Shown here: positions 1 to 9,019 of the stretch, one piece after another
Position numbering within the stretch: the stretch's first letter is position 1
How the letters are laid out: each line of letters begins with the position of its first letter
Sequence record: SRR22947727_255
Direction: 5' to 3' (one strand)
DNA length: 58,748 nt
Made by a program: the position numbers and the translations under genes
Notes under the pieces: model-generated
The model's database searches: none
What the model saw: the letters and a program-made list of their open reading frames with translations, nothing else
What the model was told of the DNA's origin: nothing

Positions 1-541
1 CATCGTGAAGAGATATTTCGCTGTAATCATGACCTGGCGTAAATAGAACATTAATTTTTCTTTTTAGTGAAGTGATTTTGCCTTCTGTTAAAAGGACATC
101 CGGCCTTGTTAACTTTCCAGCGTACATTGGTGTTGTAATTGATTTGAGATCATCAATAAAATCTGCAGGAGCACTCTCACTCTTTGCCATGCTAATTAAA
201 TCTTTAAATCTCACCGACCAGTCGTTATATTCGTTGAGATATTCAATACTATTTTCGTAAAGGGCGAGAGGTATATCAAGTTCTCTTAAGCTACCCGATA
301 GGCCAATATGATCAAGATGCATATGGGTACCGATTAATAATTTAATATCATTAAACCTTATTCCAATCTCATTTAGATGACCATTAAGTAGATCAAGATA
401 CTCTGAACCATTTACGCCACAGTCGATCATGACATATCCATCATCGTCTTCTATAAGATAAACATTCACATTACTTGGTGTGCTCCATGGGAGCCTAAGG
501 GGGATATGGTAAATCCCATCAGGCATTTGAAAACTATTCAT
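1..541 (-). CDS. MBL-fold metallo-hydrolase, truncated by the window edge (absent from ORF track)
   Basis: Manual translation from ATG 541: MNSFQMPDGIYHIPLRLPWSTPSNVNVYLIEDDDGYVMIDCG...THMHLDHIG...TPGHD. It has the HxHxDH and TPGH motifs and stays open to base 1. Confidence 0.9.
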   Translation of the reverse strand, partial: MNSFQMPDGIYHIPLRLPWSTPSNVNVYLIEDDDGYVMIDCGVNGSEYLDLLNGHLNEIGIRFNDIKLLIGTHMHLDHIGLSGSLRELDIPLALYENSIEYLNEYNDWSVRFKDLISMAKSESAPADFIDDLKSITTPMYAGKLTRPDVLLTEGKITSLKRKINVLFTPGHDYSEISLHD

Positions 542-542
542 A

Positions 543-629
543 TTAATTTGTTATTAGCCAAATCCCAAAAGATACAAGGATAAGTAAACCAGTAAGTAAT
601 GATGAAAGGATTAAGAATCTGGTTTGCAT
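543..629 (-). CDS. 28-aa single-pass membrane micro-protein (absent from ORF track)
   Basis: MQTRFLILSSLLTGLLILVSFGIWLITN*. A TAATAT -10 lies 6 nt before the ATG, and the stop is 1 nt before the MBL hydrolase ATG. Confidence 0.65.
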   Translation of the reverse strand: MQTRFLILSSLLTGLLILVSFGIWLITN

Positions 630-664
630 ACGTTTATATTATCAAATTAATGGAGTATCTTAAG

Positions 665-693
665 TTGGTAAATGTATTCTTTTTTACTAGATT
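665..693 (+). promoter_or_regulatory. Sigma70-type promoter of the lpdA operon
   Basis: TTGGTA (665-670), 17-nt spacer, TAGATT (688-693). Confidence 0.55.
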
Positions 694-792
694 TAATAGT
701 GACAATAACTTTGACTACTTTTAATGGGAACCCCTGAAAAAAGTACAGTTATTATCTCGATTTGATAGAAACCCTATCTAGAAAGAGGTAAT

Positions 793-2160
793 TTGAAAAA
801 ATTAACCATTATTGGCGGAGGGCCAGCTGGATACGCAGCTGCACTATATGCAAACAACTTCGACCTTGAAGTAACTCTTGTAGAGTCAGATATTCTTGGT
901 GGAACTTGTCTAAACAGGGGATGCATACCTGCAAAATACTGGCTTCACCTAGCAGAGCTTAACCATGAAATTAATAATGCTTCTGATTATGGTATTCAAG
1001 TTGAAACTTCTGAAATAGATTGGAACAAATCAGCTATAAAAAGACAAGATATCATTTCTGGGCTAGTTGATGGAATTGGTATGTTGCTTAAAAGTAAAAA
1101 AGTGAACGTCATTAATGGCTGGGGTAAGATAAAAAACGAACAGTCTGTCCTAGTTAAAAAAGAAGATGGCTCTGAAGTAATTATAGAAACAGATTATATA
1201 CTTCTTGCTACTGGCAGCAAACCAAGAGAATTACCAAGTTTACAATTTGATAATGATTTTATCATAAGTTCAGATTCTGCCCTTAACTGGGAGAAGCCAC
1301 CAAAGAATGTTTGTATTGTCGGTGCTGGAGCTATAGGTTGTGAATTTGCAAGTGCTCTCATAGACCTGGGTTCAAATGTGACTGTTGTTGAACTAGAAAA
1401 AGAAATACTTCCAGGACTTGATAAAAGAACTTCTGGAGAGTTAAGAAAACAACTCACTAAAAGAGGTGTTTCTTTCAAAATGGGAACTTCAATTGATTCT
1501 GTTATAAATAAAGAAGTTCTTTTCTCAGATGGGGAAAAAGAAAACTTTGATACGATCCTGGTAGCTATTGGACGAAGTCCTCTCACTGAAAATATTGGAT
1601 TAGGAGATATCTCTGTAACTACAAAAAATGGTTACATAGACGTCAACCTTGAAACAATGCAAGTAATAGGTACTAAGAATATCTTTGCAGCAGGTGATAT
1701 TATAAGCAATTCACCCCAACTAGCACATGTAGCTTTTGCAGAGGCAATGTCAGCAGTTACATATATTGCAACTGGAAATACAAGCCCAATTAACTATTCT
1801 GCGATTCCTTATGTTGTTTATACAAATCCTGAGCTTGCTGAAGTCGGTTTAAATTCTGATAAAGCAAAATTAGAAGAAATTGATATTAATCAAGCTCAAC
1901 ATAGTTTTGCAGGAATTGGAAGAGCTATGATACAAAATCAGAATCAAGGCTTGGTCAAAGTCTATGCACAAAAAGATGGCCCCCTAGTTGGTGCAAGTAT
2001 ATGTGGTCCAAGCGCTGGAGAAATGATTCATGAATTAATGTACATGGTTGGCTGGGAGGCACTTCCAGATGAGGCTGCTGAATTTATACATGCTCATCCA
2101 ACTTTGAGTGAGGCTGTCGGAGAATCATTACTATCTTTAAATGGAAAGGGACTGCACTAA
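793..2160 (+). CDS. lpdA: Dihydrolipoamide dehydrogenase (E3)
   Basis: GGGPAG FAD motif, GGTCLNRGCIP redox disulfide, GAGAIG NAD motif, HAHPTLSE; TTG start after AAAGAGG. Confidence 0.96.
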   Translation: MKKLTIIGGGPAGYAAALYANNFDLEVTLVESDILGGTCLNRGCIPAKYWLHLAELNHEINNASDYGIQVETSEIDWNKSAIKRQDIISGLVDGIGMLLKSKKVNVINGWGKIKNEQSVLVKKEDGSEVIIETDYILLATGSKPRELPSLQFDNDFIISSDSALNWEKPPKNVCIVGAGAIGCEFASALIDLGSNVTVVELEKEILPGLDKRTSGELRKQLTKRGVSFKMGTSIDSVINKEVLFSDGEKENFDTILVAIGRSPLTENIGLGDISVTTKNGYIDVNLETMQVIGTKNIFAAGDIISNSPQLAHVAFAEAMSAVTYIATGNTSPINYSAIPYVVYTNPELAEVGLNSDKAKLEEIDINQAQHSFAGIGRAMIQNQNQGLVKVYAQKDGPLVGASICGPSAGEMIHELMYMVGWEALPDEAAEFIHAHPTLSEAVGESLLSLNGKGLH

Positions 2161-4166
2161 TGGAAATAAAGAAAATTGAACGACTTGGACATTCTGCATC
2201 TTTATCAAAAGATGAACTTTGGGATATCTATAAATCAATGAAGACTCAAAGAATTCTTGAAGACAGACTCTTAAAAATGTACAAAGGTGGTCAACTCTCT
2301 GGAGCCGTCTATCCAGGTATTGGCCAGGAAGCCTCAATGGCAGGTATCGGAACTGGTATGAAACCACAAGATGTTTTTGGAGGAACACATAGAGATCTAG
2401 GAGTACAAATAAATAGAGGGGTAACACTTAAAGAAATTGCTCTTAACTTTTTTGGTAAAAAAGATGGTCCATCAAAAGGTCGAGATGGAAACAGTCATTT
2501 TGGTGTTGTTGATAAAGGAACATTAATGGTTGTCTCACCATTACCAGATTCAGCACCTGTTGCAGTGGGAGTGGCATTAACAGCTCAGATTGAGGATAAC
2601 GATGTTGTAGCAGTTGCAAACTGTGGTGAAGGTGCAACAGCAACCGGAACTTGGCATGAGAGTATAAATATGGCGGGTGTTCACAATCTTCCAATTATTT
2701 TCACTGTTCAAAATAATCAGTTTGCTTATTCCTCTCCAAATGAAACAGAATTTGGGACACCAAATGTTGCAGACAGAGGTTTAGGTTATGGAATTGAATC
2801 TGTCATTATTGATGGGAATAACATATATGAAGTTATTAACGCAATGCATAAGGCTCGTGATAAAGCAAGTTCTGGTAAAGGACCAACGCTAATAGAGTTA
2901 GTAACCTTTAGACACTACGGCCATGCTGGCCATGACCCTGCAGAATATGTTGGAGATGAAGTAAGAGATTTTTGGATGGATAGAGATCCTGTTTTGAGAT
3001 TTGAAGAATCACTATCTAGAGAAGAGCTTTTTACAGAGGAAGACTTTATCCAACTGGCTGAAAAAATTGAAACTGAAGTTAGAGAGACTTTAGAGTGGGC
3101 TAAAGATCAGGAAGATCCGGACCCCAAAGAAGAAATCCAAGATATCTTTGAAACTAGATCGATACCTGTGGCTACTAATGATGGTTCGAAAACTAAGACT
3201 ATGAACGTTATTGAAGCAATTACAAATGGACTCGATGAAGCTATGGACAATAATAAAGATGTATTCATGATGGGAGAGGACATAGGTGCATTTGAAGGAG
3301 CTTTTAAAGCCACAAAAGGTTTACATGAAAAATATGGCTCATCTAGGGTTTTAGATACTCCAATTTCAGAGGGCGCATTTATGGGTGCAGCAGTAGGTGC
3401 AGCACTTTATGGAAAAATTCCGATTGTCGAACTTCAATTTTTTGATTTTGTTTATCCAGCACTTGATCAGATTACTACCGAAGCCGCAAAGTATTTCTGG
3501 AAGGCTGGAAAGCCAGTTCCGATGGTTGTAAGAGGACCAACAGGAGCAGGAACAAGATCGGGTCCCTTTCATTCGATAAGTCCAGAGTCACTTTTGGCCC
3601 ATCACCCTGGTATAAAAGTAGTTGCACCAGCTAACCCCTATGATGCAAAAGGACTACTTATAGCATCAATTAATGATCCCAATCCGGTAATGTTTTTAGA
3701 ACATAAAAAATTGTATAGAAAACCTGATCTAAAAATGGAAGTGCCAATTGGCCTATATGAAGTAGAGATAGGAAAGGCAAACATTGTTAAAGACGGATCA
3801 GATGTAACTTTAGTAGCTTGGTCTGGAATGGTCCCAACGGCACTTGAGGCTGCAGAAACAATAAACAATGATGGTATTTCAGTTGAAGTTATTGACTTAA
3901 GAAGTATTTTTCCAATAGATGAAGAAACAATATTAAAATCTGTTGAGAAAACATCTAATCTGGTTATTTTACAAGAAGATGTTCCATTTTCTTCTATTGC
4001 ATCTGAGATATCCTCATTCGTCGCCGATAAAGGGTTTTGGACATTGGACAATCCGATTGTAAAAGTAACGTCACCAAATACCCATATTCCTTTTGCGCCA
4101 GTATTGGAAGATAGCTTTATTCCTAGTGTTGAAAATGTTATAAAAGCTATTAAAGAATTACAATAG
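2160..4166 (+). CDS. 2-oxoacid dehydrogenase E1 with fused alpha and beta subunits (branched-chain/pyruvate type)
   Basis: Alpha half has the GEGA...NN TPP motif and RHYGHAGHD. Beta half has GEDIG..GAFKAT, DTPISE and HSISPE. One continuous ORF. Confidence 0.92.
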   Translation: MEIKKIERLGHSASLSKDELWDIYKSMKTQRILEDRLLKMYKGGQLSGAVYPGIGQEASMAGIGTGMKPQDVFGGTHRDLGVQINRGVTLKEIALNFFGKKDGPSKGRDGNSHFGVVDKGTLMVVSPLPDSAPVAVGVALTAQIEDNDVVAVANCGEGATATGTWHESINMAGVHNLPIIFTVQNNQFAYSSPNETEFGTPNVADRGLGYGIESVIIDGNNIYEVINAMHKARDKASSGKGPTLIELVTFRHYGHAGHDPAEYVGDEVRDFWMDRDPVLRFEESLSREELFTEEDFIQLAEKIETEVRETLEWAKDQEDPDPKEEIQDIFETRSIPVATNDGSKTKTMNVIEAITNGLDEAMDNNKDVFMMGEDIGAFEGAFKATKGLHEKYGSSRVLDTPISEGAFMGAAVGAALYGKIPIVELQFFDFVYPALDQITTEAAKYFWKAGKPVPMVVRGPTGAGTRSGPFHSISPESLLAHHPGIKVVAPANPYDAKGLLIASINDPNPVMFLEHKKLYRKPDLKMEVPIGLYEVEIGKANIVKDGSDVTLVAWSGMVPTALEAAETINNDGISVEVIDLRSIFPIDEETILKSVEKTSNLVILQEDVPFSSIASEISSFVADKGFWTLDNPIVKVTSPNTHIPFAPVLEDSFIPSVENVIKAIKELQ

Positions 4167-4170
4167 AGCT

Positions 4171-5451
4171 ATGGGTGAAATTGTAAAAATGCCTCAACTG
4201 GGGGAAACGGTAACAGAAGGAACGATTTTAAGGTGGCTTGTTGCTGTGGGTGATGAAGTCAAAGAAGATGATCCGATACTTGAAATTTCAACTGATAAAG
4301 TAGACACAGAAGTCCCATCACCATTTTCAGGAAAAGTTACCTCTTTACTAGTAGAAGAGGGTGAAACAGTTGAAGTTGGAGTCGGGCTAATGGAACTCGG
4401 TGGAGATGACTTAATAAAAGAAGATGCTGCAAAAGTAGTTGAGGAGGCCATAGAAGTAGAGTTGCCAAAAGAAGATTTAACATCCAACATAGACAGCTCT
4501 AAAACTGACATAGTAACAAAAGCACCTAAGGATTTAAAACTTTCACCAATAGTAAGAAAGCTTGCTGGAGATAACAATATCGATTTAACACAAGTTACTG
4601 GAACTGGAAAAAATAATCGTATAACACGTAAAGATATCGAGGCTTTATTGAAGTCTGAACCCATACCATCAGTTCCCGAAAAGAATCCTCAAGAAGAAAA
4701 GAATGTTTCCTCAGAAAATGATAAACAAAAAGTAACTTCCACAGGATCCATTCCTAGGCTGAGAAAAAGAATTGCTGAAAATATGATTCTTTCAAAACAA
4801 ACCTCTGCCCATGTAATGACTTCTGTAGAGGTGGACTATGAAAATATATCAGTTCTAAGAAATAAGATAAAAGGTGAATTCAAGCAAAAAGAAGGTTTCT
4901 CTTTAACATTCTTACCATTCATATCTGTTGCAACTATTAATGCTTTGAGGGAGTTCCCTGTTGTAAATAGTTCCTTCGATCTTGAAAATAATACGCATGA
5001 CCTTCATGATTTTATTAATCTTGGCATTGCAGTCGACTTGAACAGAGAGGGTTTACTTGTTGGAACGATAAAGGATTCAGATTCCTTCAATTTACGTGGA
5101 TTAGCAAGAAAGATAACAGAAGTTTCTTCCATTCTCAGAAATAAAGATTACGGACTTGAGGACGTCACAGGTAGTACATTTACAATATCTAATAATGGAT
5201 CTTTTAATTCATTTATTACATCTCCAATTATTAATCAGCCAAATGTTGCAATTCTTTCTACAGAATCCATTAAGAAAAAACCTGTGGTCATAGAGTCTGC
5301 AGATGGATCTGACTCTATTGCTATCAGAAACACGGGAGTTCTTAGTCTTACCTGGGACCACAGAGTTTTTGATGGTTCAACAGCATTGTTGTTTTTAAAT
5401 AGTATTAAAGATAAATTAGAAAATCATCCATGGGCAGATGATCTTAATTGA
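4171..5451 (+). CDS. Dihydrolipoamide acyltransferase (E2), one lipoyl domain
   Basis: STDKVDTE lipoyl-lysine motif, LSPIVRKLA...GTG E3-binding domain, DHRVFDG catalytic motif. Confidence 0.94.
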   Translation: MGEIVKMPQLGETVTEGTILRWLVAVGDEVKEDDPILEISTDKVDTEVPSPFSGKVTSLLVEEGETVEVGVGLMELGGDDLIKEDAAKVVEEAIEVELPKEDLTSNIDSSKTDIVTKAPKDLKLSPIVRKLAGDNNIDLTQVTGTGKNNRITRKDIEALLKSEPIPSVPEKNPQEEKNVSSENDKQKVTSTGSIPRLRKRIAENMILSKQTSAHVMTSVEVDYENISVLRNKIKGEFKQKEGFSLTFLPFISVATINALREFPVVNSSFDLENNTHDLHDFINLGIAVDLNREGLLVGTIKDSDSFNLRGLARKITEVSSILRNKDYGLEDVTGSTFTISNNGSFNSFITSPIINQPNVAILSTESIKKKPVVIESADGSDSIAIRNTGVLSLTWDHRVFDGSTALLFLNSIKDKLENHPWADDLN

Positions 5452-7076
5452 GAAAGCTAAACGTACGTTGGCTTGGAAACCTTCCATACTCTGAGGCTTT
5501 AATCCTACAAAAAGGATTAAAAGAATCTGTAGCAGGAGAACATAATCCTTATGATTATTTACTGCTTTTAGAGCACAATAATGTCATTACCATTGGTCGA
5601 ACAGGAGATACAAATAACCTACTACTTGATAGTGAGGAACTAGAAAAAAAAGGTATTGAATTTTTTGAAACTGACAGAGGTGGTGATATAACTTTTCACG
5701 GCAAGGGTCAGCTAATTGGATATCCGATAATGAGACTTCAAGATCCTAAGAAAGTCATACCTTTTGTAAGAAGTCTTGAGCAAACAATAATTAAAACTCT
5801 TGATAGTTTTGATATAGAGGCTTTTTCAAAGGAAGATGATACTGGTGTATGGACATCAGAAGGGAAAATAGCATCGATAGGAGTAAAAGTTAGTAAATGG
5901 ACAACATATCATGGTTTCGCACTAAATATATTTGATAAACTTGAAGGCTTTGACTTCATAAACCCATGTGGAAATCAAGAGGAGAAAATAGCATCAGTAC
6001 ACACTTTCAATACTGAGATTTCATTTGATGATGTTGTGAATAAAATTACAGAGACTTTTACCGCTGAATTTGGCTACAAAGATGTAGGCATACAAATGTC
6101 ACAATTCACTCCAACCCAACTTAAAAAACACAAAAAACATGAAATTGATGAGATGCTTGATAAAGGTGTTTTTCAAAAAAATAACAATCTTGTACCAATT
6201 ACCATAAAAGGATTATTGCCTAATGAACCAGAAAGACCAGAATGGATGAAGGTAAAAGCAAACCTAGGAAAAGATTACAGAGATTTAAAGAACTTAATCT
6301 CAGAAAAAAAACTCAATACTGTCTGTGAAGAAGCCTCATGTCCAAATATATATGAGTGCTGGTCTATGGGCACAGCAACATTTATGATCATGGGAGATAC
6401 CTGCACCAGAGCTTGTGGATTCTGCGATGTTAATACTGGGAAGCCTAATGACCTTGATGATTTAGAACCATTGCGTGTTGCAGAAAGTGTTCTGACTATG
6501 GAGCTTACACATGCTGTAATAACCTCTGTGAATAGAGATGATCTTCCAGATGGTGGATCAAATTTTTTTGCACAGACAATAAATGAAGTTAAGAGGTTAA
6601 ACCCTTCAACAAGTGTAGAAGTTCTTATTCCAGACTTTAAGGGAGATAAAGGGGCTATAGATAACATTATTGAAGCAAGCCCGGAAGTTTTAAATCATAA
6701 TTTAGAAACAGTTCCACGACTTCAGCGTGAAATAAGAACTGCAGCATCATATGGTCGATCTCTTTCGTTATTGCAATACGCAAAAGAATCAGCATTCTTA
6801 GGTAAGACAAAAACGGGTCTCATTGTCGGAATGGGTGAAGAGTTTGAAGAGGTAATTGCCGTTTTAGAAGATCTCTCCCAAATTAATGTAGATATTGTAA
6901 CAATTGGTCAATACTTGAGACCAACAGCAAAACATAGACCAATTCACAGATATGTTGATAAAGAGGAATTTATAAAATACAAATCAATTGGAGAATCTTT
7001 TGGAATTCCTCATATTGAGTCAGGACCACTTGTTAGGTCCTCATATCACGCAAAAGACTCTTTTGCCTCTGTGTAA
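5448..7076 (+). CDS. lipB-lipA: Fused octanoyltransferase LipB and lipoyl synthase LipA
   Basis: N-half has LLLEH, RGGDITFHGKGQL, KIASIG, HGFALN and INPCG. C-half has CEEASCPNIYEC, CTRACGFC and RSSYHA. Confidence 0.94.
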   Translation: MRKLNVRWLGNLPYSEALILQKGLKESVAGEHNPYDYLLLLEHNNVITIGRTGDTNNLLLDSEELEKKGIEFFETDRGGDITFHGKGQLIGYPIMRLQDPKKVIPFVRSLEQTIIKTLDSFDIEAFSKEDDTGVWTSEGKIASIGVKVSKWTTYHGFALNIFDKLEGFDFINPCGNQEEKIASVHTFNTEISFDDVVNKITETFTAEFGYKDVGIQMSQFTPTQLKKHKKHEIDEMLDKGVFQKNNNLVPITIKGLLPNEPERPEWMKVKANLGKDYRDLKNLISEKKLNTVCEEASCPNIYECWSMGTATFMIMGDTCTRACGFCDVNTGKPNDLDDLEPLRVAESVLTMELTHAVITSVNRDDLPDGGSNFFAQTINEVKRLNPSTSVEVLIPDFKGDKGAIDNIIEASPEVLNHNLETVPRLQREIRTAASYGRSLSLLQYAKESAFLGKTKTGLIVGMGEEFEEVIAVLEDLSQINVDIVTIGQYLRPTAKHRPIHRYVDKEEFIKYKSIGESFGIPHIESGPLVRSSYHAKDSFASV

Positions 7077-7096
7077 CTAGGACCTATACTATTAAA

Positions 7097-9019
7097 ATGT
7101 TCGATAAAGTCACAACCTCATTGAGAATTCTTGCAGCTGCAGGTGTTGAAGAAGCGGCATCTGGCCATCCCGGAATGCCATTAGGAATGGCTGATGTTGG
7201 AACAGTCCTTTATAAAAAGTTTTTAAAAGTGTCAAATGAAAACCCCTCTTGGATAAATAGAGATCGGTTTATTTTGAGTCCAGGTCATGGATCAATGCTA
7301 CTTTATTCTTTACTTCATTTAAATGGCTTTGATTTAACAAAAGAAGACTTAAAGAATTTTCGACAGTTTGACTCAAAAACACCTGGCCATCCAGAATTTG
7401 ATTTATCTATAGGTATAGATATGACAACAGGTCCTTTGGGTCAAGGGTTTTCAACAGGAGTTGGTTTTGCAGTTGCTGAAAGATACCTCTCAGAACTTTT
7501 AGGAAAAGATATCATCGATCACTTTACTTATGGGATAGTTTCTGATGGAGATTTAATGGAAGGGATCTCTTTTGAGGCCGCCGAACTAGCCGCAGTTTGG
7601 AAACTTGGTAAGTTAATTTATGTGTTTGACAATAATAATATTTCAATTGACGGAAGGGTGTCAAAAGTATCGATCACTGATCAAAAAAAGAAATTTGAAG
7701 CAATTGGCTGGCATGTTCTTGAAGTCGATGCACATAACGAAGACGAGATTAGTACAGCCTTAGAGGATGCAAAGCTAATTACAGATAAGCCCTCAATAAT
7801 CATGGCTAAATCAATCATTGGTAAATTTGCACCAAACAAACAAGACACAAGTGGAATTCATGGATCACCGCTTGGAGCTGAAGAGATGGAAGAATTTAAG
7901 AAAAATCTGAAATGGCAAGGAGATTTATTTGAGCATGATTCAGATGTTTATGACTATTTTGCTGAGAAGAGAGATGAAGATAATCATGCACATAGTGATT
8001 GGGAAAAATTATTCCAGGAAAAATACAAAAGTGATGCAACATTTATGCAAAATTGGGATTTACTAATATCCAATGAGATGTCTACAGATTACAATTATGA
8101 AAATTTAACACAGGCAACACGCATTGCAGGATCTAATATATTAAATGAAATTGGAAAATATACTAATAATATTCTTGGTGGCTCTGCAGATCTAACAGCT
8201 TCAACCAAACAGATCATTGGTGATTCTACATTCTCAGAGTCTGATTTCTCCGGTAGAAATTTAGAGTATGGAATAAGAGAGCACGCTATGGGCGCAATAG
8301 TGAATGGCATCACACTACACAGTCATTTAATTGGCTATGGTTCAACTTTTCTAGTTTTCTCTGACTACATGAGGCCAAGCATACGACTTGCGGCTCTTAT
8401 GGATATTGATTCAGTATATATTTTTACACATGACTCAATATATCTAGGTGAAGATGGTCCCACACATCAACCAATAGAACACCTAATGGCCTTAAGATTA
8501 ATACCCAATTTAGATGTTATACGTCCATCTAATAGTATTGAAGTTGAATATGCTTATAGGTATGCATTTACAAAATCGGGTAATCCAAAGGCTATTGTTC
8601 TAACGAGGCAAAACCTGGAGTTTCTAAAATTTGAAAATGATTACGAAGATTTTACAAATGGTGCATCAATAGTTGCAGATGGAAAAGAAATTACAATATT
8701 TGCATCAGGATCAGAATTAGAGTTAGCATTTAATGTGAGAGAATATCTCAAAGATACATCCGTAAGAATTGTGAGTACTCCAATTTTAAATAAATTAGAA
8801 AAAGCTGAACCCGAAGCCATTGAGAATCTCAAAGTTAGTAATTTAAATTTTACGATTGAACTGGGGAGATCTATTGGCTGGGAAACATATTTAGGAGACA
8901 TAACAAAAGCGTTTAGTATTGACCAATTTGGGATATCAGCACCAATTAAAAACTTACAAGAGAATTTTAATTTTACGGTAGAACATATTGGTGATGAAAT
9001 TAAAAAGTTTCTAAATTAA
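7097..9019 (+). CDS. tkt: Transketolase
   Basis: SGHPG, TTGPLGQG, DGDLMEG, GIREHAM, THDSIYLGEDGPTHQP. Confidence 0.97.
   Translation: MFDKVTTSLRILAAAGVEEAASGHPGMPLGMADVGTVLYKKFLKVSNENPSWINRDRFILSPGHGSMLLYSLLHLNGFDLTKEDLKNFRQFDSKTPGHPEFDLSIGIDMTTGPLGQGFSTGVGFAVAERYLSELLGKDIIDHFTYGIVSDGDLMEGISFEAAELAAVWKLGKLIYVFDNNNISIDGRVSKVSITDQKKKFEAIGWHVLEVDAHNEDEISTALEDAKLITDKPSIIMAKSIIGKFAPNKQDTSGIHGSPLGAEEMEEFKKNLKWQGDLFEHDSDVYDYFAEKRDEDNHAHSDWEKLFQEKYKSDATFMQNWDLLISNEMSTDYNYENLTQATRIAGSNILNEIGKYTNNILGGSADLTASTKQIIGDSTFSESDFSGRNLEYGIREHAMGAIVNGITLHSHLIGYGSTFLVFSDYMRPSIRLAALMDIDSVYIFTHDSIYLGEDGPTHQPIEHLMALRLIPNLDVIRPSNSIEVEYAYRYAFTKSGNPKAIVLTRQNLEFLKFENDYEDFTNGASIVADGKEITIFASGSELELAFNVREYLKDTSVRIVSTPILNKLEKAEPEAIENLKVSNLNFTIELGRSIGWETYLGDITKAFSIDQFGISAPIKNLQENFNFTVEHIGDEIKKFLN

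Noticed and set aside
700-792. TPP, cobalamin or glycine riboswitch in the lpdA leader
   Set aside because: Only fragments resemble them (GGGAA, CTGAAA). The conserved cores, such as CUGAGA with ACCUGAU...UAAUGC or GCCACUG, are missing.
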